Below the pieces are notes generated by a model. That model was not told the origin of the DNA. It did not search any database and saw only the letters and a program-made list of their open reading frames with translations. 32,000 bases of DNA from Puniceicoccales bacterium (GTDB taxonomy: Bacteria > Verrucomicrobiota > Verrucomicrobiia > Opitutales > LL51). The stretch lies in NCBI GenBank assembly GCA_031283585.1, contig JAITBP010000001.1:1-32000 (forward strand), written 5' to 3'. This document shows, one piece after another, positions 8,539 through 18,143 of the stretch (position 1 is its first letter; every line of letters starts with the position of its first letter). The position numbers were made by a program, and so were the translations under genes.

Positions 8539-9719
8539 GTATCAATTGGCTTGATCCATGGACGGTTTTTTGAGCCCAGGCTCAGGTACAATGCTATGGA
8601 GAAGAATAACATTCCAATTGAGTCCCAAGTTCCTCCGATGCAATCTCCTAGCTTGAATACTATCAGCGATAGGGCGAAGGCCGTGGCGGTTTTATGCCCG
8701 GAGAAAATCAATCGGACTGCGCCTACGGTTGGAAATAACCAGAAAAATAAAAACCCAAGGATGCCGAATTTATACATAAATCCTAGAACAGCGGCATGAG
8801 GTACGGTGCAAAATGATTCAACAAACTCGAAGTTGAGGTGGTTGTAGTTTCTGGCTCCCAGCCCTCGACCCTGGATCAGCTCAATGCCGGCATCTTTCAC
8901 CACGTTTGTTATTTCATAGAACCTGGTTTCCTTTTGTAATTCCGTGTCGACAATTCGGTTTATTAGGTTGGTAAACAGGTCCAGGTTAATCAAGTAGAAT
9001 GTCAGAAATATCAGAATGGCCAGTATGTATGTTATTACCGTAGAAATGGTTATTTTCTCCGGATTGAAGCTGAGGGCGGCCAACAGTGTACAGGTCACAT
9101 ATATGAGGAGGCTGCCACGACTACAGGTAAAGGTTATGATGATTGGAACAATTAATAGCCAAATCACCAGAAGAGGGATTAGGTTGGCGCGGGACAACCG
9201 TTTGTAGCATAGGGCGATAGGAAACAATCTTATGCAGTAATCTATGGCGGTTATAACGGACATATTGTCCAGCCTTTGATATCTGGACGTGGCATGAAGG
9301 TCCAATAGGGTGCCCAGGGATGCCAGTAGAAAAAGCAAATAGAAACAGGCTGTTAACGTCTTCATAATCACCAGGTTGCCTTTTATTACGCAGAGCATTA
9401 TTCCGATAAAAAAACCTGACAGGGTTATAAGGTCAGATAGTAGACTATACCAGGAAAAGAATGGCCTGTGAAAATTCAATAGACCAAGGATCGTAGCATA
9501 AAATACCAGGCCACCACCAAGGTAATATATTAGGCCGCAATTACTTGGTGACCTTAGGTATTCGCAGAAAACCCAGATGGCGAAGACAGCATAGACCAGA
9601 ACCCTCAATGGATGTGAATCCTGATATAGGTTGCCATGGACCAGTATGCAGTAGGCAATGACATATAGAACCAGCAGCAGACCGCTGATGCCGCATTTGG
9701 ACCTCTTGGCCAGATCCAT
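8535..9719 (-). CDS. Polytopic membrane protein, O-antigen ligase/polymerase-like (Wzy_C-type)
   Basis: About 10-12 hydrophobic helices. It has a CSRGSLL motif followed by an extracytoplasmic loop, then GRGLGARNYNH...PHAAVLGFMYKFGILGF, which resembles the Wzy_C/WaaL pattern. The track ORF starts at 9797 and overlaps the rpoD 3' end, so I prefer the internal ATG at 9719 (MDLAKRSK...). Its 3' end overlaps the miaB stop by 4 nt (convergent). Confidence 0.55.
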   Translation of the reverse strand: MDLAKRSKCGISGLLLVLYVIAYCILVHGNLYQDSHPLRVLVYAVFAIWVFCEYLRSPSNCGLIYYLGGGLVFYATILGLLNFHRPFFSWYSLLSDLITLSGFFIGIMLCVIKGNLVIMKTLTACFYLLFLLASLGTLLDLHATSRYQRLDNMSVITAIDYCIRLFPIALCYKRLSRANLIPLLVIWLLIVPIIITFTCSRGSLLIYVTCTLLAALSFNPEKITISTVITYILAILIFLTFYLINLDLFTNLINRIVDTELQKETRFYEITNVVKDAGIELIQGRGLGARNYNHLNFEFVESFCTVPHAAVLGFMYKFGILGFLFFWLFPTVGAVRLIFSGHKTATAFALSLIVFKLGDCIGGTWDSIGMLFFSIALYLSLGSKNRPWIKPIDT

Positions 9720-9738
9720 GTCACCGAACCTGCCAATT

Positions 9739-11427
9739 TTACTGCGATTGTATAAAATCTTCGAATCCAGGGCCTTCTGTGTCAAAATCTCCTTCAAAAA
9801 ATCCGTTTAGTTGACGTATCCTTGTGGGATGCCTCATCTTTCGTAGAGCTTTGGCTTCGATCTGTCTTATTCTTTCGCGGGTAACATTAAATGTTTGCCC
9901 AACCTCTTCCAGCGTTCTGCTGTAGCCGTCTTTGAGACCAAATCGGAGCATCAAAACATCCCGTTCTCTCTCGGTTAAACTGACCAGCACGTCGTCTATC
10001 TTTTCGCGCAACAAACTGTAGGCTGTCATGTCATAGGGATTATCTGCACTCTTGTCTTCAATAAAATCGCCAAAACTTGAATCTTCGTTATCTCCGACCG
10101 GGCTCTGGAGCGAAATCGGTTGCTGGGCCATCTTCATTATGGCTTTCACCCTGTCCAGCGATAGGTTCATTTCGCCGGCGACCTCTTCGGCGGATGGTTC
10201 ATGCCCAAGTTCTTGTTGCAATTGACGTTGTATCTGCATCACCCGATTCAAGACCTCTATCATATGCACCGGAATCCGTATAGTTCTAGCCTGGTCGGCT
10301 ATGGAACGGGTTATTGCCTGTCTTATCCACCAGGTGGCGTAGGTAGAGAACTTGTAACCACGCCTGTATTCAAATTTTTCGACGGCCTTCATCAGTCCCA
10401 TATTTCCTTCCTGGATAAGGTCCAGAAATGTCAGTCCGCGATTTGTATATTTTTTTGCTATGCTAATCACAAGTCTCAGATTTGCCTCAACCATCTCGGT
10501 TTTGGCCCTGTGAGCTTCGCGCATGTATTCTCGGAATTTTTTTACTATTTCCAGTAGTCTAATCGGACAGACTTGATACTTCAGTTCGAGTTTTTTCATG
10601 GCCTTTTTTATCCGATTGGACATTTCGGTTGTGTCTACTTTTTTTTTCGTAGAGATGGATTCGATGCGATTAGATTCATGGATGAGCTGTTCTATTTGTT
10701 TTAAATCTGGCCTTAGTTTCTGCAAAAAATCTTCAAAAATTTTCATTTTGAAGCAAAATCTTTTCATGACAGTTTTCAGCTGGGATTGAAATTGCTTCAG
10801 GCGTTTTTGCTCGGTTTCATTGACTCCAGACGTCTGTAACTTGTTCCAGATGTCATGGATGCGTTCTACTAACAATTTACTATCCTGGATCGAACGTTCG
10901 AGTATTCTATAATACACCTCTCGGCTCTCGATTTTTTTATCCAGGACAATCCGATCAAACCGCTCTTCTCTCTGTAGAAGCCGTTCAGCCAGATTGATTT
11001 GAAAATCTGCAGTCAGATGAACCGAGAATAGTTCATCCTGAGCCTGAAGTTCGGCTTTTTCTATTCTTTTCGAAATGGATATTTCCTCGTCTCTCGTCAG
11101 AAGAGGGACCTGACCCATTTGCCTAAGATACATTCGGACAGGATCTTCTGCCACATCCTCGGTGTGAGCTTCATCGAGGGTTCCGGCTTCACGCTGCCTT
11201 ACGTATCGCTCCACATCATTTGTGTCAACTATCTCTATTTCAAGGCTATCGAGAATGTTCATCATATTCTCGACATCCTCGGGGTTTTCTATGCTTTCCG
11301 GTAGGTACTCGCTTATGTCCTGTAGAGTTAGATATCCCTGCTCTTTTGCGAAACGTATCAGTTCGCGTACACGGCTATCCATGCCGTTCACAGCATCTGT
11401 ATCCGATGACGACTTATTAGTTACCAT
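9739..11427 (-). CDS. rpoD: RNA polymerase primary sigma factor (sigma-70 family, group 1)
   Basis: 562 aa. Region 1.2 is [15 protein letters not shown], region 2 is [14 protein letters not shown]...[27 protein letters not shown], and region 4.2 is [30 protein letters not shown]. It lies 25 nt downstream of dnaG, the classical dnaG-rpoD order. Confidence 0.95.
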   Translation of the reverse strand: MVTNKSSSDTDAVNGMDSRVRELIRFAKEQGYLTLQDISEYLPESIENPEDVENMMNILDSLEIEIVDTNDVERYVRQREAGTLDEAHTEDVAEDPVRMYLRQMGQVPLLTRDEEISISKRIEKAELQAQDELFSVHLTADFQINLAERLLQREERFDRIVLDKKIESREVYYRILERSIQDSKLLVERIHDIWNKLQTSGVNETEQKRLKQFQSQLKTVMKRFCFKMKIFEDFLQKLRPDLKQIEQLIHESNRIESISTKKKVDTTEMSNRIKKAMKKLELKYQVCPIRLLEIVKKFREYMREAHRAKTEMVEANLRLVISIAKKYTNRGLTFLDLIQEGNMGLMKAVEKFEYRRGYKFSTYATWWIRQAITRSIADQARTIRIPVHMIEVLNRVMQIQRQLQQELGHEPSAEEVAGEMNLSLDRVKAIMKMAQQPISLQSPVGDNEDSSFGDFIEDKSADNPYDMTAYSLLREKIDDVLVSLTERERDVLMLRFGLKDGYSRTLEEVGQTFNVTRERIRQIEAKALRKMRHPTRIRQLNGFFEGDFDTEGPGFEDFIQSQ

Positions 11428-11452
11428 ATTAAAATGTCAAAATTATGTTTAT

Positions 11453-13294
11453 TTACAACCTTGGCGGAACGCCAAGTAATCCACGTAGACGACTTTTTTC
11501 TTCCTGAAGACTTTCAATTGCGACCCTATTGTCTAGATTTTCTTTATTTTTTGTAAAAAACATCGATGTCTTTTCTTTTTTTTGTATAAAGTCAAGCCTT
11601 TTTTTTATATAATCCTTGTGTAATTTCGCTAGGCATATATTGGCAGCATCTTCTGGATCATCAATTCCATCGTCATCGGTGGCAATGGAAAATATTTCGT
11701 TTATTTCTGCCTCGGTCCAAAATCCGTCCTCCAGGCTAGAGACCCCTGTCCAGAGTCCTTTTTTTAGCCGGGACAAAATTTTTATAAGTATTTGGCCATG
11801 AAGGCCTGAGGCATCGATCATAGAATCATCCACCAGCTGGGCCAACCTGGCCCCGATGGCGCTATGATGAATGACTATGGATAGAATGTCGCTTTCCACC
11901 GAACTTATTTTTGTGGTTGTTGGAACCCTATTGGGTTTTTTGCCAATACAATCGGAAAATCTTGCTTTTCCTGTGAATGACAAAAAATCACTCTGGACGG
12001 ACAGGTAATTGATCCCGATGTACGATGCGATTTCTCTTAGATATCCTTCGGTGGCAACAATCGATGTGCAATGGGCCAATATTTCGTATATTTTTTTCAG
12101 GGCCTGTTCCTTTTCCATTGGAGTCGATTGATTTGCTCTAGGAAGCAAGGTGTCTATTATAAATTTTATGGACGAAATCCCTTCGGTCAGGAGCGTTTCA
12201 ATACCGTCGGAGCCTCGCTCGAGTATAAACGAATCCGGATCATAGCCATTGGGTAATTTCAATATAACTGCATCGATATTGGTTTTAAAAGATAATTCAG
12301 CGATTCTTTTGGCACATTTTAGGCCGGCTTCATCCCCATCGGTTAAACAGTGAACTTTTACCGAATACCTTCGGAGCGTGTTCAGCTGGGTTTCGGTGAT
12401 ACCGGTGCCCTGGGGGGTCACCGCAGTAGTTAGGCCGGCTTCCGTACAACGAATGACATCCAGTTGCCCTTCAACTATATAAAATGACCCTATGGGTTGA
12501 ATATATTTTCTTGCGCGATCCAGTCCAAACAGCAGACTGCCTTTATGAAAAATCGGGGTTTCTGGTGAATTTATATATTTTGAGTCCGATAAATTTGCCG
12601 TTATTCCATCGATCTTCCTGGCAGAAAACGCTACCACATCACCCTGGACGTTTGGGATGGGAATCATGAGCCGGCCATTGAACCTTAGCTTTAATTTTTT
12701 TTGATCGATATTGTCTTGATCATTAAGTACAAATAACCCGGATTGTTTCAGTGCTTCCGGAGAAAATTTTTTCTTAATCAGGAGGTTTATAAGTGAATTG
12801 TCCGCATTGGGTGAGAACCCGATGGTATATTTTTTTGCAACGTCCAGTGAAAATTTCCGTATGTCTGTCCAATATTTTCTGACCGCCTGGGCATCTTTGG
12901 TTGTGGAAAAAAACACATTATTGTAATATTCGGCTGCAATTTTATGAATCTCAAGCAACTCGTTTCTTATGGAGTTGATAGATGGATCGCAGGTTGTTTC
13001 GTATTCTAATGTTATGGAGTACTTTTTGGCTAGCCATTCCACCGACTCATGGAACGAAAAATTTTCTTTCAATTGCAGAAATCTAAAAACATCACCGGCT
13101 AACCCGGTGCTGAAACATTTGAAAAATTTTTTATCCGGAAGTACATAAAACGATGGTGTTCTCTCATCGGAAAATGGACTTAGGCCTTTCCAGCTACTCC
13201 CAGACCGCTTTAAATTGACGTACCTAGACACTAGGTCTAGGACATCAACCTTCTCCCGAATATTTTCTATGGACTCTCGACTTATAATAGGCAT
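11453..13294 (-). CDS. dnaG: DNA primase DnaG with a degenerate zinc-ribbon
   Basis: 613 aa. The N-terminal segment is collinear with the zf-CHC2 domain (ERTPSFYV...FFKCF..G.AGDVFRFL). TOPRIM motifs are present: IVEGQLDVIRC (ExxD) and LTDGDEAG (DxD). The gene sits immediately upstream of rpoD. Confidence 0.9.
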   Translation of the reverse strand: MPIISRESIENIREKVDVLDLVSRYVNLKRSGSSWKGLSPFSDERTPSFYVLPDKKFFKCFSTGLAGDVFRFLQLKENFSFHESVEWLAKKYSITLEYETTCDPSINSIRNELLEIHKIAAEYYNNVFFSTTKDAQAVRKYWTDIRKFSLDVAKKYTIGFSPNADNSLINLLIKKKFSPEALKQSGLFVLNDQDNIDQKKLKLRFNGRLMIPIPNVQGDVVAFSARKIDGITANLSDSKYINSPETPIFHKGSLLFGLDRARKYIQPIGSFYIVEGQLDVIRCTEAGLTTAVTPQGTGITETQLNTLRRYSVKVHCLTDGDEAGLKCAKRIAELSFKTNIDAVILKLPNGYDPDSFILERGSDGIETLLTEGISSIKFIIDTLLPRANQSTPMEKEQALKKIYEILAHCTSIVATEGYLREIASYIGINYLSVQSDFLSFTGKARFSDCIGKKPNRVPTTTKISSVESDILSIVIHHSAIGARLAQLVDDSMIDASGLHGQILIKILSRLKKGLWTGVSSLEDGFWTEAEINEIFSIATDDDGIDDPEDAANICLAKLHKDYIKKRLDFIQKKEKTSMFFTKNKENLDNRVAIESLQEEKSRLRGLLGVPPRL

Positions 13295-13312
13295 TTCATA
13301 TCCAAGTACATC

Positions 13313-15388
13313 TTAGGCATGTAGGCGAGAGTTGGTTTTGTACAGTAATGGTGTTTTTACCGGTATTATAAATTTTTCACCATTATTACTGGAATCGTCT
13401 TGATTCTCGAATGCTTGAGGTTCAGGATGTAACTTATTCTTATGGCTCTTTTTAGTAAGCGGATTCTTCTTTTTATGTGAAGAATCAATTTTATTTAATT
13501 TTTTCTTATTTTTTGGATTAATTTCTTCAGATTTAGGATCAGGATTAGGACTAGGACTAGTGTTAAACAGTTCCGCTGTCTTATTTTGAACTATGGCAGA
13601 AATCACGAGGGATATTAGTTCTGTAATGGTTTGTTTATGGATTTCAACGGACCAGTTCATAGATCCACCGCTGGCGATTGTCCTGATATTGATTGGTTTT
13701 GTGACATCATAGTTCGGCTTTAGGCTTGATTTACTAATTGTGATAATGGACTCAAGCAATGATTTTACATCTATTTTTGTGATAGACATGTCCCCAATAT
13801 TAAATGTACCAATGCAGGTCAGCAAAGGTTTTAGAGCAGCCTTTTTATCTTTTATTGTTTCTATCAAAATTTTTACACATTCCTGAGTATCTCCGATCAC
13901 AGCGATATTTCTAGGTGTGTTACTTAGACCCAGGTCAGATATACCTGTGTCAGTATCGACCAGTGCAACATAGTTATGGGAAATGTCTATTGTTTTGGCT
14001 GCATTACTTTTTTCATTATGATCTGTGATGAATACCTTTGATTCACATATTGTCACACCTTTATAGTCACCAACTTCGTTGAAGGAACTATTATAATTAG
14101 CTGTATCTTCGCCAAAGGTAAGAGATAGAATTTTTTTCGGAGTCTGTATATAAATTTTTTCCATAATAAATTTATAGGCTGTGAAAAATTCATCCTTGGA
14201 TCCATTCCAAGAAAAACATGTAATTTTTGGAACAGAGGCTCTGAGTTTTTCAACGACATCTTGGTCAATGATATCCCCGCTGCGTGAAATGCCATTTATC
14301 ATGTTAATTAATATTGCACAAGCTTCATCAAGACCTGCTGTAGATACAAATGTTCCGTCGCAGGATGACTTAAATATGGATGTTATCTTAGAGAGTTGAT
14401 CTTGTTCGATAATCGGATTGCATACGCCAAGCTGAATTAGTATATCTTTTGCATAGTCTATGGTCAAAGGAAGATTATATCGTGCTATGCTTGATATTGA
14501 ATCATAATCCATAAAATTAGCCCAACCTGGGATTGAATTGGTAAAATTTTTACTATCAAAAAATTTCGCTAGCGATGTTCCTGGTTTGAAATCAACGGTC
14601 ATAGCTGTAATAATACTTGCATCGGTTATATCCAGTGATAAACGCAGCGTTTCAATAGTATTGATATACTCATCAATTATGCTATGCAGTAACTCCAGCG
14701 ATGATTGATTTAATGTAGCGTTATTACCGTTACTTGATTTTTGCATTTGTAGTAAACATAGCGCAATAAATTGACTATCGATTAGTTCGTAAATACATTT
14801 ATTAGTCTTCGGTATAACAAGCTCCAGGTCGTTTCTTTCGGCAGCGTTGGCTATAGCTATTAGCCCGGCCGGATCAAGAATAGAATCGAAGGCGCTATTG
14901 GATGTGGAAAAAAATGTCCATCCATTTACAATTTTAGTTTTTATTTCAAATTTTTTAATAAATTCATCAATGGCAGATTTGTTATCTTGGCTCATTCTAG
15001 CTAATATAATTGGGTCGGTATTGTCACAGAAAAAGCATGTTATGCCGTAATTATTATCAAATGCCTTGAAGTCAGGGTACCCCAACGATGAAAGAAATCC
15101 GGAAATAATACCTTCACAGATTCTTGAACTGTCTATAGAATTTACAATTTTTATCACCTTCGTACAGGCATTTTTTAAATCTGCCAATTTTACATAGATA
15201 GCCACATCATCCATGGTAATGCCCTTGGCTTTGGTATCTATTGTAGCATTAGAGACCGCTGGACTATCAGCCAATACACTGGTCTCATCCTGGTCATAAT
15301 CAACGGTGGCAGACTCATTCTGGCCGTTTGCGTTGATGTAAAGCACACAACACAAAACCAAAAAACTGGAACGAAATATATTTTTCAT
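13313..15388 (-). CDS. Hypothetical exported protein (691 aa) with a Lys/Asn/His-rich C-terminal tail
   Basis: The N-terminus MKNIFRSSFLVLCCVLYINANGQ looks like a signal peptide. The long uninterrupted frame shows purine-rich first codon positions. The tail reads SPSPNPDPKSEEINPKNKKKLNKIDSSHKKKNPLTKKSHKNKLHPE. I recognised no family. Its stop is 18 nt upstream of the dnaG start. Confidence 0.6.
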   Translation of the reverse strand: MKNIFRSSFLVLCCVLYINANGQNESATVDYDQDETSVLADSPAVSNATIDTKAKGITMDDVAIYVKLADLKNACTKVIKIVNSIDSSRICEGIISGFLSSLGYPDFKAFDNNYGITCFFCDNTDPIILARMSQDNKSAIDEFIKKFEIKTKIVNGWTFFSTSNSAFDSILDPAGLIAIANAAERNDLELVIPKTNKCIYELIDSQFIALCLLQMQKSSNGNNATLNQSSLELLHSIIDEYINTIETLRLSLDITDASIITAMTVDFKPGTSLAKFFDSKNFTNSIPGWANFMDYDSISSIARYNLPLTIDYAKDILIQLGVCNPIIEQDQLSKITSIFKSSCDGTFVSTAGLDEACAILINMINGISRSGDIIDQDVVEKLRASVPKITCFSWNGSKDEFFTAYKFIMEKIYIQTPKKILSLTFGEDTANYNSSFNEVGDYKGVTICESKVFITDHNEKSNAAKTIDISHNYVALVDTDTGISDLGLSNTPRNIAVIGDTQECVKILIETIKDKKAALKPLLTCIGTFNIGDMSITKIDVKSLLESIITISKSSLKPNYDVTKPINIRTIASGGSMNWSVEIHKQTITELISLVISAIVQNKTAELFNTSPSPNPDPKSEEINPKNKKKLNKIDSSHKKKNPLTKKSHKNKLHPEPQAFENQDDSSNNGEKFIIPVKTPLLYKTNSRLHA

Positions 15389-15453
15389 AAAAATAAAACC
15401 ACTCTGAAATGCTATTCATTAATTTTTCCAATGCAATCAAATTAATTTACTAT

Positions 15454-16194
15454 TTATAATATTTTGAAATTGCATGTGCTGATGGCAAGGAACTTATACG
15501 CTTTTCCATGCAAGTTATATGCTATTTTTAGAGATTCTGAGTGTAGGAACATTCTGGATAAATTTGATTTATTAAGCTGTTTATTCAGGCCAAAGTCGCC
15601 GTAGGTTTTATCTCCGATGATTGCTAGATTGTGAAAGGCACACTGGGCTCGGAGTTGATGGGTTTTCCCAGTAATCGGCCTAAGTTCTAGCAATGCCAAT
15701 GCCGTTCCTCGAAAATCAATGATTTTTAGAATTTTGTAACAGGTTATGCATTTTTCACCTGGCGCTTTTCTCAGGCGAAGCCTATTGTTTATAAGTGTTT
15801 TTTGGAAACATTCCTCCCAGCGGCCTCGATTTGGACAGGGGGTAAATTTGGTCAACGCAATGTATTTTTTCTCTACACTGTTTAGGGCGAAGCTGTGGAT
15901 TACTGCTTCGGCCAATGCCTGGTCGAAACACCCGATGATCACACCGGATGTGGGTGAATCTAGTCTATTTAGTAGAAAGAAATCCAAACTGTTTCCCAGA
16001 GAATATTTTTTTAATTTCTGGTCATAGTATGCCTTTAGTAGAGCAGTTTCTTCTATGGATTTGCCGTTGGGGTGTGACACTATTCCCGGAGGTTTGTCAA
16101 GCGCAATTAAACCATTATCGTCAAATTTGACTATTTTAACCCCAGGACCAAGCCTGGTTTCCAGGCATAGAATTTTTTCTTGAGGAACACTCAT
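15454..16194 (-). CDS. RluA-family pseudouridine synthase
   Basis: It has the catalytic-Asp motif LNRLDSPTSGVIIG (HRLD.xTSG type), KKYIALT, and RPITGKTHQLRAQCA. I prefer the ATG at 16194 (MSVPQEK...) over the TTG at 16206 used in the track. Confidence 0.8.
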   Translation of the reverse strand: MSVPQEKILCLETRLGPGVKIVKFDDNGLIALDKPPGIVSHPNGKSIEETALLKAYYDQKLKKYSLGNSLDFFLLNRLDSPTSGVIIGCFDQALAEAVIHSFALNSVEKKYIALTKFTPCPNRGRWEECFQKTLINNRLRLRKAPGEKCITCYKILKIIDFRGTALALLELRPITGKTHQLRAQCAFHNLAIIGDKTYGDFGLNKQLNKSNLSRMFLHSESLKIAYNLHGKAYKFLAISTCNFKIL

Positions 16195-16278
16195 AACGGC
16201 TAACAACCAATTGAAAAGATAAAATTATGCTTGTAAAGTTAACATGAGTACACAAATTTCGTGCCATTCGGTATAGTT

Positions 16279-16354
<76 letters not shown>

Positions 16355-16405
16355 TTTGTCCGAATTTCACCTTCATGTGGTGCTGTTGATTCTGTTTATT
16401 TTTTT

Positions 16406-17815
16406 ATGATTCCTGACATTCATAATTCGCTGTCAAAGCATAAGCCCGGAAGCATTTGCGAACTATTATCCATTTCCTGGCCAATGATGGTATCCTCGGC
16501 CTCGAGTTGTCTAATGATTTTGGGAGACAGGATTGTGCTATCCCATTATTCTCAGGATGCTTTTAACGTATGCTTTAGTGTGATGCAGTGGTACTGGCTG
16601 TTTGTGTCTATGGCCATGAGCATAGTTCTTATCGCCGAGGTTTTTGTTGGTCAGTTCAATGGAGCTAGAAAATTTAAGTTAATCGGTCCGGTGGTATGGC
16701 AGATGATTTGGTTTTCTGCATTAATGTGGTTGATTTTTATTCCGATAGCTATCTGGCTTGTGCCTAATTTGTTGATCGATAGGGATAAACCGATGGGTAT
16801 ACCATATCTACGTCTCATGATATTATTTTTACCTGTAAACTATGCATCTTTTGGCGCGATGGCATCGTTTTTCATAGGGAGAGGAGCTGTAGGAATTGTA
16901 CCAGTGATTGCGATAGTGGTAAACCTATTAAACATAGTATTGGATATGGTGCTCGTGTTTGGCCATAGAGTTGTCCCGGGATTCCCAGAGTTTGGCATAA
17001 TCGGTGCGGCGATTGCCACTGGATTGTCCCAATTGGTGGGATTCATTGTACTATTTGCTTTGTTTTTCAGAAAAAAATATTTTGAAAAATACCATGTCAA
17101 CGAGATGAAGTTTAACTGGAAACTGATGAAGGATTGTATTGTTATTGGGTTTCCGACGGCATTGAATTCCTGTATAAATTGCTGTGGTTGGTCCATATTG
17201 GTACAACTAATCAAGAAACGTGTGTCCAATGACGATTTTTCTGCCTTTGGCATAACCCACTCGCTCTATGTTGCTTTTTTCTTTGTCATCGAGGGCATTG
17301 GCACTGGTATTCGAACAATTTGCTCCAATGCCATAGGTTATTTGAACTACGATGCCATCAGGTTATGTATCAATTCTGCCTATAAAACTTCGATTATTTT
17401 AGCTGCCATAACTTCATTATTTATGGTGTTTCATCCAGACCTTTTGATAGGATTATTCCGAGGTGATTGTCTGTCGAAAGCTGTTGATCCATTGGCCAAA
17501 TCGATGTTGATTTGGGCCTGGCTAGCGTTTTTATTTGATGGCCTATGGACGACGATTCAATCCCTGTTGACCGCAGCTGGTGATACAAAATATACAATGA
17601 TTGTAAATATATCCTGTTATTGGTTGTTAGAGTTTTTACCAATATATACCCTAATGGCGCATACGAAACTGGAGTGTAGCGCTGTTGTTGCTTGGCATGT
17701 GATGATCCTCGATTTGTTCCTCAGGGTAGTGCTTTTATATAGGAGATACAGAACGAACAGATGGAAGGAAATAAAGATTTCAAAAGCCACAACGGTGAAC
17801 CTGTGCCAAGACTAG
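16406..17815 (+). CDS. MATE-family efflux transporter
   Basis: 469 aa with ~12 predicted TM helices in two halves. The N-terminal pattern LLSISWPMMVSSASSCLMILGDRIVLSHYSQDAF and FVGQFNGARKF are typical of MatE repeats. Confidence 0.65.
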   Translation: MIPDIHNSLSKHKPGSICELLSISWPMMVSSASSCLMILGDRIVLSHYSQDAFNVCFSVMQWYWLFVSMAMSIVLIAEVFVGQFNGARKFKLIGPVVWQMIWFSALMWLIFIPIAIWLVPNLLIDRDKPMGIPYLRLMILFLPVNYASFGAMASFFIGRGAVGIVPVIAIVVNLLNIVLDMVLVFGHRVVPGFPEFGIIGAAIATGLSQLVGFIVLFALFFRKKYFEKYHVNEMKFNWKLMKDCIVIGFPTALNSCINCCGWSILVQLIKKRVSNDDFSAFGITHSLYVAFFFVIEGIGTGIRTICSNAIGYLNYDAIRLCINSAYKTSIILAAITSLFMVFHPDLLIGLFRGDCLSKAVDPLAKSMLIWAWLAFLFDGLWTTIQSLLTAAGDTKYTMIVNISCYWLLEFLPIYTLMAHTKLECSAVVAWHVMILDLFLRVVLLYRRYRTNRWKEIKISKATTVNLCQD

Positions 17816-18060
17816 CTATTGAATTTGCTTAGCAGATAATCGGCACAGCTATCCAGAGATTCTAGCTGTTTGTAATCAGCCTCTGGAACATCTATGTTAT
17901 GTTTTTTTCGTAGCTCCATTACTATATCCAAAAAATCCATGGAATCCAGATCCAGCTGATCACGCAATGGAACATCATTTTTGATATGACTAATGTCCTC
18001 ATCCGGTGCAATTTCAGCTATTATATTTTTAACGATACCTTTTATCTCTTCTTTTGTCAT
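17812..18060 (-). CDS. Acyl carrier protein (phosphopantetheine-binding), orphan
   Basis: 82 aa, acidic. The LDLDSMDFLDIVMEL motif carries the conserved Ser for 4'-phosphopantetheine attachment, and the length fits a four-helix ACP. Its stop overlaps the MATE stop by 4 nt (convergent). Confidence 0.75.
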   Translation of the reverse strand: MTKEEIKGIVKNIIAEIAPDEDISHIKNDVPLRDQLDLDSMDFLDIVMELRKKHNIDVPEADYKQLESLDSCADYLLSKFNS

Positions 18061-18143
18061 TATAAATAAAACCTACTGGAAAATATCCGGCTACGGACCT
18101 AGTTATTTGTTTCAAAAACTTCAAAGTTGTCAAGAGGAATTGA

